Assembly (NCBI RefSeq): GCF_963921235.1
Contig: NC_086097.1
Location: 115,384,001 to 115,448,000, forward strand
DNA: 64,000 nt
Source of the DNA: Mobula hypostoma
Taxonomy: Eukaryota
Direction: 5' to 3'
How positions within the stretch are numbered: position 1 is the first letter of the stretch; every line of letters begins with the position of its first letter. The position numbers were made by a program, and so were the translations under genes. Shown piece after piece: positions 38,179-52,308 of this stretch. The notes under the pieces are model-generated. The model searched no databases, had not been told where the DNA came from, and saw only the letters and a program-made list of their open reading frames with translations.

Positions 38179-39096
38179 CAGTGAACTCGGATTAATTGGG
38201 AAACATAGGGAACAATATATTTTGGCCCAATTAAATGGCTGCCCAATTAGTCAGTTTCATGGAAATAGTTAAAGTATTAAAAAGACAAACTACCATTCAA
38301 CTGAATAGCAAATTATGTATTATTGTGTATAGTAAATGAAATACAGAATAAATTAGAACATTAATGATATTACTAATATACTATAAAACTTTGTTTTTGT
38401 TCCGAATACTTACTGACGGAGGAATTCATCCAGTGTTTGCTGCGTTCTTTTGATTGACTTTAAATGAACAAAATCAACGCAGAAACCTGGTGCTGTTAAT
38501 CTGGTCCTGACGAAGGGTCTTGGCCTGAAATGTCGACTGTACTTCTTCCTATTGATGCTGCTTGGCCTGCTGCGTTCACCAGCATTTTGTGTGTGTTGCT
38601 GTTAATGAACAGGCTTGATACAATGCTTCCAACAATTGGAGCCTCCAAGTCTTCATTTTCATTGTAATATTCAAGGTAATTGTTGATACCTTCAAATTCT
38701 TCACAGTTCTTAACTTGTCAAAGTAGTGGAATCGTTTCGTTTTCACTGCTGGCCATTTCTGGCACCTCCAAACCTGAATGCTTGAAACTGTCGTGAGCAA
38801 AACGGTTCTAAGTGTCTTACTGTTTATTTCTTGCTGATTATCAGTATAAAAAATCATTCTGTTTTGAACACACACAACTGACATTATTTAAAAAAGTTCA
38901 CTTGAAGCACAACATAGTGTCTAATGGCCACGCAGGTTCACGCCACTGACATTAGTTAGAAGCTATTCAGCAACAGTCTCCTGTCCAAATTAAGTGTATT
39001 GTGTCCTAAATAAACAAATGGAATTAGTTTCTCTTCTTTAAGAGTTGTCTTAAATAAGCAGCTGCCCTGATTAACCGATTGGCCAATCAAATGTTG
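38179..39096. mobile_element. Tc1/mariner-pogo (Tigger-like) non-autonomous DNA transposon
   Basis: TA|CAGTG start; subterminal motif gctgccc..atta near both ends; degenerate right end tg|ta; sits in an old Penelope tail. Confidence 0.5.
38501..38596 (+). mobile_element. 96-bp Penelope mini-element (HHR + tail) with a 10-bp TSD
   Basis: ggtcctgacgaagggtcttggcctgaaatgtcgact...; TSD TGCTGTTAAT at 38491-38500 and 38597-38606. Confidence 0.88.
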
Positions 39097-39689
39097 TACT
39101 CGCTCTGTGCTCTCAGTCCTAATGCATGTTCTTGACCCAGAAAATTGACTATTCTTTTCCCTGCTCGACTTGTTGAGTTACACCAGCAGTTTTTTTTTTT
39201 GCCCCAGGATTCCATCATTTGCAGTCTCTAGTATCTATCCCAAACCAGGTCTTTGTTTAGCTGGTATAAGAGGTCTGTGGACATAAAACACAGCAATCCT
39301 TGAGTTTTGTGATCAATTAATGTGCCCTGTCCAAGGCATTTTAATGATCTATATACTGGGACTCATAATTCTCTTTGGGTTTCTACTGCAAATGACTATT
39401 TTTGAAATGTAGAAAGTAATCTATGTGATTTAGATCTGCCGTACATTTGCCTGCAGTGAAATCCATTCGTTAAAATTTTGTCCTTAAAGTTAATCTATTA
39501 ACTCATTCAAGACCAGTGGTGATAACAGGAATCACTTGCAAATCTCTACTGAAGTCCAGGTTTCATGCTCTGCACTGGTGAAAATTAGCACAAAATCTTG
39601 TGCCCAGCTATCAGTGCTTTGGCTGCCTTTCTGGTGCTCTGGTGGGCTCCTTATAGAGTTTTACTGGACATGAGAATGTTTTATTGGCC

Positions 39690-42600
39690 TTCAATGTCTC
39701 ACGCTTCCAACCCCTAAGCGCAGACTAAGGACCCTCTATTTACTTCTGGAACAAAAACCCAACCAGTTCCCCTCTGCTAACATTCTCGTCCAACTTGCAG
39801 AAACTGTTCTTATCTTCCACAAATTCTCCTTTTAATCACCCCATATTCTGCAAGTCAAATGAAGAGTCATGGGTCCTCACATGAACTCCAGCAATGTCTG
39901 TTTTTCTTTTTCCTTTTGTTGGTTATGTGGATTATTCTTTGTTCCAAATGTGCTTTGGCACCCCTCTCCAATTCTTTCTTCATTATATCATGTTTACATC
40001 TGTGCTGCTTCTTGCACCTCAGTGGAATCAATCTCATAAGCTTTTCCACCTACTTCCAGCATCCCCTCAAATTCACCTGGACTATTTCTGAGAGTCCCCT
40101 TCCTTTTCTGAATCTCTGTGCTACCATCTCAGGAGACAAACCTAATACCTACAATGATTAAAGCACTGAGGAAGACTGAACGCATCGAGGTGAGTGTGGA
40201 TGGTGAGCAAGTGTTCAGTGCCATCTACCAGCTGCCGGAGTCGGTGTCTGTGCGTGGCGGTCTCTCGCTCGCTACTCCTGAGGGAAGGTTTTCTCATTTG
40301 AGTAATCTCTTTCTCCCTCGATGATGCCAGAGCAAGGTGTAATCAACGGGGATTGTGGATTTGGAATCTAATTCAGGTTTATGATGTGTTCTAGTTTCTA
40401 GTTCCAGTTCTGGTCACTTTTTTTGTTGACACTTCTGAGTGATTTTTGAATCGGCCAGCCTGTAGATAATGAACACAGATGTGAACTGTACTGAAATGTG
40501 CCTTTTGATTTTGTGTTTTATATTCCGTGTTTTTGCTCTTTTTTTTGTTGCTGTTTGCACATTTTTTGCTTGTGGGGGGAGGGGGTTTTGATGTTTGATG
40601 TTTTTCTTTGAATAGGTTGGTTCCATGGTTCTTCTTTGGTTCCTGACTGTCTGTGGGGATATATTGCATACATACTTTGGTAATAAATGTACTTGGATTC
40701 TTTGAAATCTACGGACTCCCACAGCTACTTCAACTACCCCCCCCTCCCACTGTGCTTCTGGAAGTACAATATCTCTTTCTCTGTCTCTCACTGTCTGCAG
40801 CATCTGTTATCGAGATGAGGTTTTCCACACTGGGACTTCTGCAATGTCCTCCTTCTGGTAACATGACGTCCCATCTGTCAAAGTCAATGAAGCTCTCACA
40901 TACATGTCTTACATTTCCCACACTTCTGCTTTCAACATCTTCCACCCCCTACTTGGACAGAACAGAAACAGAGATCCACTAGTCTTTACGTTTCACTCCG
41001 CCAGCTTCTGCATCCAACATATTACCTCTTGCCACTTCTGGCTGCTCCAATAGGATCCCAATGCCATCCACACCTTTCCCCTTCATCACTTCCTACCCAC
41101 CACTCCTCATCCTAGAGTCACAGAAATGGGCCCTTCAGCCCATCTAGTCCATGCCGAGCCATTTAAACTACCTACTCCCATCGAACTGCGAACCAAAGCC
41201 CCCCAAACCCAAGCCATTCATGTACCTATCTAAACATCTCTTAAACATTAAATTCAAGCTCGCATGCACCACTTGTACTGACAGCTTGTACCACACTATC
41301 ACGACCGTCTGAGTGAAGTTTTCTCTCATGTTCCCCTTTCACCTTTTCACCGTTCACCCTTAACCCATGATCTCTACTTGTAGCCCCACCCAACCTCCGT
41401 GGAAAAAGCTTGCTTGTGTTTACCCTATTTACACATCTCATAATTTTGTATACTTCTATCCAAACTCCTCTCGATCTTCTATGTTCCAAGGAATGAGGTC
41501 CTAACCAATTCAATCTTTCCATATAATTGAGATCCTCCAGGACCAGCAATAATCTTGTAAATTTTCTCTGTACTCTTTCAACCTTATTTTCCTGAAGGCA
41601 GGTGACTAAAACTGCATACAATATTCCAAATTAGGCCTTACCAGTGTCTTATACAACTCAACATGACATCTCATCTCCTGTACTCAATACTTTGAGTACC
41701 AATGGCAATGTGCCTAAAGGTTTCTTTATGGCTCTATCTACCTGTGACAGCATTTTAAATGAATTATGGGCCTCTATTCCAAAATGCCTTTGTTCCACTA
41801 CACTCTTCAGTGCTCTACCATTCACTGTGTAAGATCTACTCTGGTTAGTCCTACCAATTTGCAACACCTCACACTTGTATGCATTAAAGTCCATCTTCCA
41901 TTTTTCAGCCCATTTTTCCAGTTCATCCAGATCCCGCTGCAAGTTGGGGTAGTCTTTGACACTGTCCATGACACACCATCTCTTAGTGTCATCCACAAAT
42001 GTGCTGATCCAGTTAACCAGATTATCATCCAGATTGTTGATATAGATGACAAACAACAGCGGACCCAGCACTGATCCTTGCAGCACTCCTCTAGCCACAG
42101 GCTCCAGTCAGTGAGGCAACCATCTACTACCATTCTCTGGCTTCTCCCACAGAGACAATGTTTAATCCAATATACTACCACATCTTGAATGCCGAATGAC
42201 TGAACCTTTTTGAGAAACGTCCCATGTGGGACCTTGTCAAAGTCTTTGCTAAAGTCCATGTAGACAAGAGCCGCTGCTTTGTCTTCATCAACTTTCCTGG
42301 TAACTTCCTCAAAAACTCTATAAGATTGGTTAGATATGACCTACCATGTACGAAGCCATGTTGACTATCCTTCATCAGTCCATGACTATCCAAATACTCA
42401 TATACCTTGTCATTAAGAATACTTTCCAATAACTTTCCCATTATTGATGTCACGTTCACCGTCCTATATTTTCTTGATTTATTTTTAGAGTCTTTCTTAA
42501 ATAGCAGAATAGCATTGGCTATCCTCCATCCTCTGGTAACTATCCTATCACTAAGGATGATTTAGATATCTCTGGTAGGGCCCTGGCAATTTCTTCTTGA

Positions 42601-43500
42601 AACCACAGGATGTTCTACACCTCCTCTAACACCACCCTGCAGGAACCTAAACCCCCTCCCCCAAATCCTGGTGAGGCAGGGATTCACACGCAGCTCCTCT
42701 AACATTGTGTATTTTATTTGGCGCTTTTGATGTGCCTTATTTACATGAACAAAACCAAATTTAGACTAGGTGACCATTTTGCGGTGTACCTGTGTTCTGT
42801 CCACATTGCCTTCCTGAGCTTTTGATTTTATGTCAGTTTAACTCCCCATTCCTGTTTTCACATGGACCTGCCTGTCCTCGGTCTTTGCCACTGCCAAGGT
42901 GAGGCTTAAAACAAACTAGAAAAACAGCACTTCTATTCCACTTGGGTAGCCTACAAGCCAATGGCTTGAACTTTGGATTTTTCAGTTTCAGGTAATGTAC
43001 TCTTCTTGTGTTCCTTTTCCACTTTCCACCACTCTATCCAGGTTCACTTGAGATTTCTTCCCATTTCCTTTCCTCATTACCATGACTATATACCATTTAC
43101 TGTATAGACCTATCTCTGTCACTTCTCCTTGGGTGTATCTTTCTTGTCCCCTTATTCAACTGGTTCTATCTGTCTGTAATCCTTTGCTTACCTGATTCCA
43201 CCTATTACTTATCAGCCTCCGTCTCTAACTCTTCCTACTCCTCTCCCTTATCTAGCTTCATTGACCTAAATATTATTTTCTCTTTGCTTATGCTTTCACC
43301 TATCAACAACCAACCCTCTGTCTCCTTCCTCTTTCTAGCTCCATTTGCCCACCATCCCCTCCTCCTCACCTGGTTCTTCTACCATCTGCCGCCCTCTTGT
43401 AGTTTTATGTATTTACTGCCTTCTCCACACACTCAGTCCTTCTGCAGGGTTTTGACCTGAGATGTTGACCGTTCTTTTGATTCCACAGTCTTCTCTTGCT
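39690..43500 (+). mobile_element. Old Penelope-like element, interrupted by a SINE-like repeat (about 40155-40700) and a CR1 (41115-42595)
   Basis: HPLKFTWTISESPLPFLNL matches HPALKFTWSISNTSLPFLDL of the intact ORF; EN-region remnant 42680-42995; CT-rich tail and degenerate HHR near 43435-43470. Confidence 0.75.
41115..42595 (-). mobile_element. CR1 RT and 3' end
   Basis: MDFSKDFDKVPH, GVLQGSVLGP, FVDDTK and ERVQRKFTR on the minus strand. Confidence 0.9.
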
Positions 43501-44199
43501 CACACTAGGACATCCGCTCTAAGCCTGGATGTATTTAAACTTTGCAAGCACAGCAACGTCCATTCACATAAACGGGAAACATTGTACGGTGAATTCCATT
43601 TGGCCACCGAATGGGCACTTGAGAAGCCACTGGCTGACTTATTGCAGGCTTCAGATAATTAGACAGGTCAAAAGTTGTCCACCAGTAGCCAGAGGTCAGC
43701 ATGTCCAGAACAGAAATGGTTATGCATCCTCTGCAAAACATTTTTGCAAGACTGAGGTCTGCATTTGCAGAATGAGCCATGCAAAGAGCTAAATGCTATT
43801 ACAGATGGTTTGGATTGGGATGGACAGGAAAACAGAAAAGGAAGGCAATTCATCCTCAGAAGCTCATGGCATTGTCCTCATTAGTGAGCGATCAGCCATG
43901 GTCAGTGACTCTACAGTATGTAGGAAGAATCTATAATCATTGAAGTCAGTACCTTGTGCCTTCTGGCCCCAATCTGTAGGGATGGTCTAGTTCCACCTGT
44001 AGACCCCACACTAGAGTAGTGTCCATTGCCAGCTGTATCTATTTGCCGCTATCGTTTGCACTGTTGTCCTGTTTCTCCATCACTTACAGTCCACCTGCTG
44101 GTCTATTACTAGCAGCCAGCTGGCTCTGGTGTTGCTCTTCCTTCTGTTCATCCTGTTTTGAATTGGACACCTAGCCCACGGCAAACAAACCACTGCCCT

Positions 44200-44880
44200 C
44201 CTTAATATGATGGACTCAAGTGGCCTCTGACAATCAAGTCCAGCTCTTGGCTTTCATAAACAACAGGAATTCTGCAGATGCTGGAAATTCAAGCAACATA
44301 CATCAAAGTTGCTGGTGAACGCAGCAGGCCAAGCAGCATCTCTAGGAAGAGGTGCAGTCGACGTTTCAGGCCGAGACCCTTCGTCAGGACTTCACCAGCA
44401 ACTTTGATGTATGTCTTGGCTTTCATATGTGGCTTAGCTACTAAGCCAAGCCAAACCATTTCTTCTAACAGGAGAAGGGCCAAAGGCAGGTTACTGGTGC
44501 CTTAAAACCAGTCGCTTTGGGCAGATGGGGCTCGTCAGCTGTGGTGGGCAGCTCATCTAGGAGAAGGAAAACGCTGATCTCAAACCCCTGCTGCCTTACG
44601 GCCATGCCCACTTATGGGGAAGGTTTTAGGAGTAAACTCCAAGGGAAAAATCCTGAGCTGGAGTTCCTAAGGCAATCCTACGTTGAGTTCAATGCTGAAT
44701 GGCAACTCCTGCAATACTGCTGGTGCCAAATTATTTTGGTCTTTGCTGTTCCTTTGTGTTCAAAGGGGGAGCTTGCTACAGGGGCAATAGCTTGCTCTCC
44801 GCTTCATACTGCCCTGGCTTGTGTACTTAACCTGCTGGGAAGCATCTTCCATTGTTGACCCTGACCAACGGAGGCCTCAT
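44200..44880 (+). repeat. Unclassified SINE-like or RTE-related repeat, interrupted by a Penelope hairpin
   Basis: Continuous sequence across the TSD at 44245/44414; cagctc...tgtggct motif loosely shared with 9340-9357. Confidence 0.35.
44259..44413. mobile_element. 155-bp Penelope fold-back mini-element with HHR and a 14-bp TSD
   Basis: 24-bp perfect IR (44296-44319 / 44391-44414); HHR 44356-44391 on minus; TSD TCTTGGCTTTCATA at 44245-44258 and 44414-44427. Confidence 0.92.
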
Positions 44881-45112
44881 TGTTAAAGCTCGAATTGCCT
44901 GAGAAAGAAGTGTTAAGCAAACTTATTGTGTGCAAACCCTTTCCCACTGTCAAATAAGGGAATAGCAATGAACAATGATTATTTATTATGATATTTCTAT
45001 GAGTTAGATTGACCTCCGCCCTTTATTTGTTACTATGTACTTATCATGTTCAATCAGCAAAGCCATGCAACCAACATTGTACTCAAGTCGGTATTTAAGC
45101 AATGCCCCAATT

Positions 45113-45910
45113 TTTCAAGTTCAAGTTCAAGTATCATTCAACCATGCACATCAAAATAACTAAATTAAACAGTATTCCTCCAAAATACGGTACCAGCAGT
45201 CACACACAGCACATATAGTTATGGTAGCTGAAAAACATAGTCAGAAAAAATATATAGCCCTGTCGCTGTGCGTCATAGCTTGTAGATTGATGGTGCATGG
45301 AATGTTGTCCTGGAGCCATGTTTCTGCAAGAACAAGCACACAACAGTCTCTGTCACATGCTACTGCAGCCACAGATGAATGGAATCGAGCTTGTCTTCCC
45401 CTGAGCGAACACTGGAGGGCCACACAAATGGAAGGAGCCTGCCCCCCACAACCAGCACGGTCTCCAGCTCCCTCCCACTCTGCCTCCAGTGTCTCCTCCC
45501 CTGGCATCTCTGCGGTATGTGGGCCTGGTCTGCGCAATAACCAAAGCCACATAGTTCTCCTACTGTCCGCCCCACCAATGAACCGAAAAAATGGACTTGC
45601 AGTGTTGTACATTACTGGGTCTTGCAATCACAAGAAAACCATCCAAAGCAATCATTAGCACTGATTATTGGACTGCGCACCACCTCTGATGCCTTCCTCC
45701 TTGGGGGTCTGTAGCTGGCAGCAATGCAGAGCACAACAAGTCCAAATCCACCCTCTTTAAGCAGCTTGCCAGTATGACAGACCTTCAGCATTTGATGTTC
45801 TCAATATCCAGCAGTGTCTTGCGATAGCTGAAGATGCAAAGGGCTGAACAATTACACTTTTGTTTGGAAGCGGAGAGCTCTCTGCAACCGAGCACACCAC
45901 CATACTACTG
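45113..45910 (-). mobile_element. Rex1/L2-derived deleted element with APE fragment
   Basis: DRDCCVLVLAETWLQDNIP (APE motif ETWL); (TTCAAG)n tail at about 45114-45131. Confidence 0.6.
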
Positions 45911-45919
45911 GAAAGTATT

Positions 45920-47690
45920 CAGATAAATATGAACGAAGGTAAGACTGAACCTTGGGGCAAAGTTCTAAATTAGAGGAAAGTCAAATTACAACAGTATTAG
46001 GCATGAAAGGGGGAGAATACTCTCGGAGTGGCAATTATTGGGGAAGTCCACATCTGATATGTGTGTGTTGTTTAAAAGTCAGCTTGTCATAAGGTGATGG
46101 CTGGGAATGGACCCAAGTGCAAGACACAGACACTGAAGTACTAAGGATAGGACTAGGATACAGGGTGAGAGATAGGACATGGACATAAAAACCGGGAACC
46201 TGGAACAGGACTGGACAAGAGAGTTAGGAGCCCTGGCTTGGACTCCCAGCCAGAGACTGGACAAGGACACAGAACCTGGGTCTTGCCTCTGGCTCGGACC
46301 CAAGAACTAGGCAAGGGTGTGACTTGGCTGGCAGGCAGGACGAGGCTGGAGTTCAGAGACTTGAGGCAAAGCTGGAGACCAGGGACTTGAGACTTGGGGA
46401 CTTGAAGCTTGGCTTGGGGCGAGGCTTGAGGCTTGGGGTGTTGAAGCTCCTCCTGGGCAGGGCGTGGTACTCCTGTTCAGGGCGCGGATCTCCAGCAACG
46501 GAGGCGAGAGGCAGGAAGGGACAGAACCAACTGTAGGGTAACGGCAATCTGACCTGACTTACCTGACGGAGGCAAGGGACAGGAAAGGAGCTAGGTACAG
46601 GGTGGCTCCAAGACAAGACTTAGGTGAAACGAGGCGAGAGTTACCAGCAAGACAAGGCAAGGCTTCAGGCAATGCAAGGCGAGACAAGAACTTCAGGCGA
46701 GGCGAGAGTTACCAGCAAGACAAGGCAAGAGTTACCGGCAAGACAAAGCAAGGCTTCAGGCGTGGAAACAGAAGGCAGAGGAAGGGATACAAGGAGTAAG
46801 GACAAGAACAATCCAGAAGCCACACCCTGGTCTCTGGAGGTATTTATGCAGCCAGCCCCAACGAGAATCAGCTGCCTCAATTAGTGCTCAACAGGAACAG
46901 AAACAGGGTAGAAAGGAAAACCTGGAGCAAGGGTCGATGGACTGGACCGTGAACTGGAATGCAGACCTCACGGACTGGACCGTGACACAGCTGGCCAGAA
47001 TTTAGGATCAACGTTTTCCTATGGGGAAGAATGGCAATGTCTGGGAAGGTTAAATGAAGAGTGATGTTGCAAATTCAGTCAAAAATGAGAAGTATACATA
47101 AAGTTAAAGAAGCTGAAATCAAACAAAGCTCTTGAGGAACATAAAGGAAGGATACAGGGAATTAGGATGGCTAAAACTAGCCATAAAGTGCCCTTGCTGA
47201 GTAGGATATGGAAAATCCCAAGACATTTCACAAAAATATTACAAACGGTAGATTAGCTATGGAATGGAAGGGATTACTCAAGGGCTGAGGATAGAATTTA
47301 TGCCTGGAACAAAAGGAATTGACGAAGGTGCTAAATAAGTACTTCACTTTGTCATACACTAAGGAGAAGGAAATGTATAATGAGATAAGGAGAGGTACAC
47401 TAATACTCTAGAGCATGATGATATCAAGAAGGAGGAGGACTTGGTCACTTGAAGAACTTAAGCTGAATAAGTCCCCATGATCTGATAGGATAGATAATGA
47501 ACAATCTGCTCTCTTGCCTTTCTCTATAACATGCGATCTTTTGATCCTTTTAGGTGCAGGTGAATTCTAAGAGGATTGGAAAATAGTAAATGTTTTAGAG
47601 GGGTAACAGGAATAATTCAATAAATTCTGTCTGGTAAGCCTTAGGTCAGTAGGAGGGAAACTACTGAAGAAAAATAGACTTACGAGGGAT
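45920..47690 (+). mobile_element. Old degraded CR1 ORF2 (interrupted by a solo LTR)
   Basis: DNA similarity to CR1 ENPKTF, VLNKYF and NKSP regions. Confidence 0.6.
46085..46987 (-). mobile_element. Solo LTR (Gypsy/BEL-type), 903 bp
   Basis: TGTCA...TGACA termini; 5-bp TSD CAGCT (46080-46084 / 46988-46992); ends homologous to 29423-30774 in reverse orientation. Confidence 0.88.
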
Positions 47691-48356
47691 AGTCACTGGG
47701 GTTGGAGGTCCATGTAAGTCCAGAGGTCGAGGCTCAAAGGTCAAACCCATGATTGGTGTCCTGGAATCACAGTCTGAAGTTGGAGGCCCAATGACGAGTC
47801 TGAGAGTCTAGGGACAAGGACTCGAGTCCCAAACAGAGCCTGTACTGGAATTAGAGGCCTGCCTAGGTGTGTGAGTGGCTGGATGAAAGGATGGGAGGAA
47901 TTGAAAAAAAGGTTGTTTCACTGTCATTGTCTTGTGTTGATTTGTTGTTGCTAATGCTTGTGGCATGCATTGTTTCCATACAACGTTGGCACTGGAATGT
48001 GTGAAAACACTTGAAGGCTGTCCTCAGTTTAGGAATCTGGTTGTTAACGAAATGATGAATTTCACAGTTTGTTTCACTGTACATGTGATGAATAAATCTG
48101 AATGCAAATGAAGAAAAATAAAGGAGGTCATTATAGATGCTTTAGTTTTGGGCTTCCAGTCCTGCTTGCAGGGTTGGATGAACTGTTGGTGTTATATCTC
48201 TGTTCAACAAAGAGAATGGGGTTGAACTCACCATCTAGACTCATGCAAGTGGTTGGGAAAAGTCTAGAGATAATTCTGTAGTGTGATATTAATAGCAAAC
48301 AGAGAGTTAAATCAGACTGTCTGACAGCTGATGGATCTGATTCACAATCAAGTTCA

Positions 48357-48603
48357 AGTTGTGTATTTAATACTTCAGTAATATTTGAGTAATATTGTTA
48401 ATATATTGTTTGAGTAAGCATCCTTTATTTGTCAAAATAATTACGGGTTATATGTAAAAGTACATCAATTTCATCTGTTATGATGCTACCATGTGATAAG
48501 TGTGTGCCTTGCTTAAAAGTAAAAATGAAGTTAGACTTGCATTCTCGACTTCCTTGTTTCCCTTTCAATCAGTGTTTTTGTCTTGGAATTATAAGATGTA
48601 ACA
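48357..48603 (+). repeat. About 245-bp LTR-like interspersed repeat, copy 2
   Basis: gttgtgtatttaata...gatgtaaca; aligns with 34341-34582. Confidence 0.6.
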
Positions 48604-50857
48604 GTTAGAGTTTGGGTCACCTGCTGACTGTCCTCATTGCTGGACTCATTGAACCCAGAGAAGGAGCAGTGACATGTGCTGGGTTAAGTCCAGGCATACT
48701 TCACATGCACTTCCTCAACTTTAAGTACTTTGATATTTTTGTTACTTTATCTTTGAAACATAAGAACTAGAAGCAAACGGCCATCCAGTCCTTGTTCATG
48801 TTCCACATTCAATGAAATTATAGATAACCTTGTCCCTCACCACTACTTTCCTACACTAACCCCACATTCCTTTATTCCCTCAATACCCATAACCTTTCAA
48901 CCTGTTTTGAACAGAGCCTTCACGGCCCTTTTGGTTCAAAAAAGATTTACTGCCCTTTGGGTGAAAGAACTTCTCATCTTTTTTCTGATGTTTTTACCTA
49001 TTATCTTGGAACCATAACCCCTGGTTTAAAAGGTATTATTGTTAATAGTTCTTTCCTAGTGCATTATTGCTTTTTAATAAATTTATTTTTAAATACTTTT
49101 CACTGTTTTAATTACTTAATTGTATTTGAATATTTAATTTACATTTCTGACTGTCAGAAGATTTAAAGTCTGTTAAAAGACCATTGACATCTTCTAAGTT
49201 TGCCATATTACTGAGATCTGAGACTTGCATGCTGATTAGAGCCTGTTTGGCTTTGCTGAATGCCAACTGGGTGCACAGAGTCATCTTGTCCAGCTTTGCA
49301 CATCAAGTAAAAGTCCACGGCACAGGCCTGTTGTAGGACAACTCAACCAATACAATGTCTGCATGCATTGATTAAAGGCAGACTCTGCTCAACATTGACT
49401 GAGTTTTCTGTTGAAGAGACAGAGATGTTTGGTGAGGATAACATGGTTGAGCTCATGGACTTTCAGTGTCTGGAAATCCATCCTAGTCAGTTGCACTAAT
49501 TGTGCTACAAGGCAAGAAAGCGTAACCTGATAACTGCAATTGAGTTACTGCAAATTGAAGTGAAGGAAAGATCCCCCTTATATCACTGATACAACATACA
49601 TTCATAGTAAAAAATCTTCCTTCTGCTGCCTCACTGGATGGTATAACAGAATGAAGTCGGATTATTTTTGACTCATTACAATGGACTATTAGTTCAGGTT
49701 GTCTTACATGCATTGAATAGGCAGATGATTCACTAAATAAGTTATCATTTCATTGGTGAATAAATGAGCATGTTTGCATATGTATATCATATAAAATGTT
49801 TTGTTTTGAAGTTTTAAATAATGTCTTCATTACAAAGCATAAATTTCTCACTGAAAGCTAGATATTATTTTTGTTCCAGGAAGGAAGCTCAACTTGCCAA
49901 TGACCCTAGTGGAGTACAAAGTGGTTCAGGGAACTAGCATTCAGGTCATGGTCTCCTGGCTCATTGTCTTTAATGGAGACATCCAATTGTGAATTGCAGG
50001 AAGATTAACTTGGTACTATATATGTGTTCCTGGAGTAGGAAGATAGCAGAAGTTAAAGGGCATTCAGTAAGATAATGCTTGATCAACACAAATTCCCCAA
50101 ACTAATCCCATTTCCCTTGAATCCCTTAATATTAAAAAAATGAATTACATATATTTTTGCTATGAGTACTGTGGATTTTGACATTTCATGTTGCCCATTT
50201 GGAAAGAAAATCCTTTAAATTTGTCCTGAGTGACTGAGCTGTTATTTACAGAATATAAATTTTGAAGTAATTTCTTTTTTTCCATGTAGAAAATTAATAT
50301 TTACAATGGCTTTCCAACACTGAGAATTAGCTTATTTGGATGCTCAGCAGATTAGACTCCTTTCCTGATTTTCCAACATAGCATCTGGCATCTAAATTAA
50401 ACAACTAAGTAAAATCTCCTAAAAGTACCATGAAAACTTTGACAGAAACTGAATAGCCTTTGAGAGCTAAAGAGGAAATTGTTGACTATAACTTGTGGCA
50501 TATATTTATTTTTTAATGAGTCACTCTATAATATATTGTCTGAACATGTTAAACAGCTGCACATTTTACAAGCTAAGTAATTTATCCGTGGTGTATCATT
50601 TTTGTTCAGAATCAGAATCAGATTTATTACCACACACGTCATGAAATTTGTGTTTTGCTCCAGCAGTACAGTGCAATACATAATTAATTACTGTTACTAT
50701 AAGAAATATATAACTGTAAGCAAACAGTGCAAAAAGAGGGCAAAGAAGTGAGGTAGTGTTCATGGGTCCATAGGTTGTTCAGCAATCAGAGTGTGGAAAG
50801 GAAACCATACTTAAAATGTTGAATGAATGTCTTCAGGCCCTATATCTCCTCCATTAT

Positions 50858-51170
50858 GGGTGGCAAGGTAGTGTGGCAGTTGGCACATCACTTTACAGAG
50901 CCAGCCGTAAGATCAGCGTTCGATTTCCAGCACAGTCTGTAAGGAGATTGTATGTTCTCCCTGTTTCACATGGGTTTTCTTTGTGTGCTTGGGTTTCCTC
51001 CCACATTCCAAAGGTGTATGGTTAGGGTTAGTGAGTTGTGGGCAGGCTATGTTGGCACTGGATTCATGGCAATAGTTGAAGGCTGCCCAGCATAATCCTC
51101 GCTGATTTGATTTGATGCAAAAGGTGCATTTCACTATATGTGGCGACGTACATGCGACAAATAAAGCGAA
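50858..51170 (+). mobile_element. tRNA-derived V-SINE (HE1-like)
   Basis: A/B-box-like tggcaaggtag and gttcgattt; V-domain tgtatgttctccctg...gggtttcctcccacattccaaag. Confidence 0.75.
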
Positions 51171-52308
51171 TCTAGTTTTTGTTTATTCCCAGTGATAGTA
51201 ATCAGAAGAGTGCGTGTCCTGGATGGTAAAGGTCCTTAATGATGGATATTGCCTCCTTAAGCCACCACCTTTTGACAGCAGTGAGGCGAGTGCCCGTAAT
51301 GAATCTGGCTGTGTCTACTCCACTTTCCCTACTGTATGTACACACTGGCTGTTAATACGAACAATGTAATTAATTGTATGTTTTGATGTATATGTGATAA
51401 GTAAATCTGAATCTGAACCCTCTGCAGCCTCTTTTGATCCCGGGTATTGAAGCTTCCACAACAAGTAGTGATGCAGTCAGTCATATTGGTTCTATGAAGA
51501 TATGAACGTTGAAATTTAATAACATTGGACGTGTAGTATATAATGAAGAACTTGAGCTAGGTTTATGCCAAAATATACGAGATATTAGCTCAAGGTCAAT
51601 GTTCAACTTTAAGCAAGGTTATCAACATATAGAAATCTGATAGGAAAACTATCTCACCATCTTTCCACCTCTTGTTCTTGACTACCACCAACTCATCCTC
51701 TGCATCCCAATGGATCCTACCACCAAACGTACCTTCACCTCACCCCATCTCTCCGCTTTCCACAAGAATCCCTCCCTCCCTGATTTCCTTGTCCATTTGT
51801 CCCTCCCCACTCCTGCCAACATAGCTCTTCAGATCACTGAGGCACATAAGCCTCCAAAGCACAACAAGGTTGTGGTCCTCTTGGTGGTCAGATGTACTGT
51901 GAAAGCAGTTATTTCCTGATAACCATGATCATAATAAATGGCGGTGCAGGCTCGAAGGGCCAAATGGCCTACTCCTGCACCTATTTTCTATGTTTCTATG
52001 TTTCTATGAATTTTTAGCTGTAAAATCCACTGGGCTGATTTGCAGTGCGTTCAAAGACTGGGTTCCTATATAGTCATGACAAGCATTGAATCCAGAGCAA
52101 TCTTGCCTGCTGGAACTAGCAGCGGATGAGGGTAAGAGGAACAGCAGGACAATATTCATAAAGTCACCTGTCATAATAAGTCATGGGTATGAAGGGGAAA
52201 ATACTCCAATTGTTATCATCCTAAAATACACCAAGGGAAATGGAAGCAACACACATCAAAGTTGCTGGTGAACGCAGCAGGCCAGGCAGCATCTATAGGA
52301 AGAGGCGC

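Noticed and set aside
43500..43860. Cys/His-rich short ORFs resembling an integrase zinc-binding or piggyBac C-terminal domain
   Set aside because: Motif spacing needs frameshifts and is not convincing by eye
44212..44445. Possible HDV-like ribozyme (GGACU/AGUCC, AGUGGC/GCUACU) split by the Penelope insertion
   Set aside because: P3/L3 cannot be built with proper spacing; a structure-descriptor search on the family consensus would be needed
49860..52135. Plus-strand acceptor at about 49879 and donor at about 52131
   Set aside because: Stops in the tested frames or no recognisable protein; may be non-coding or chance
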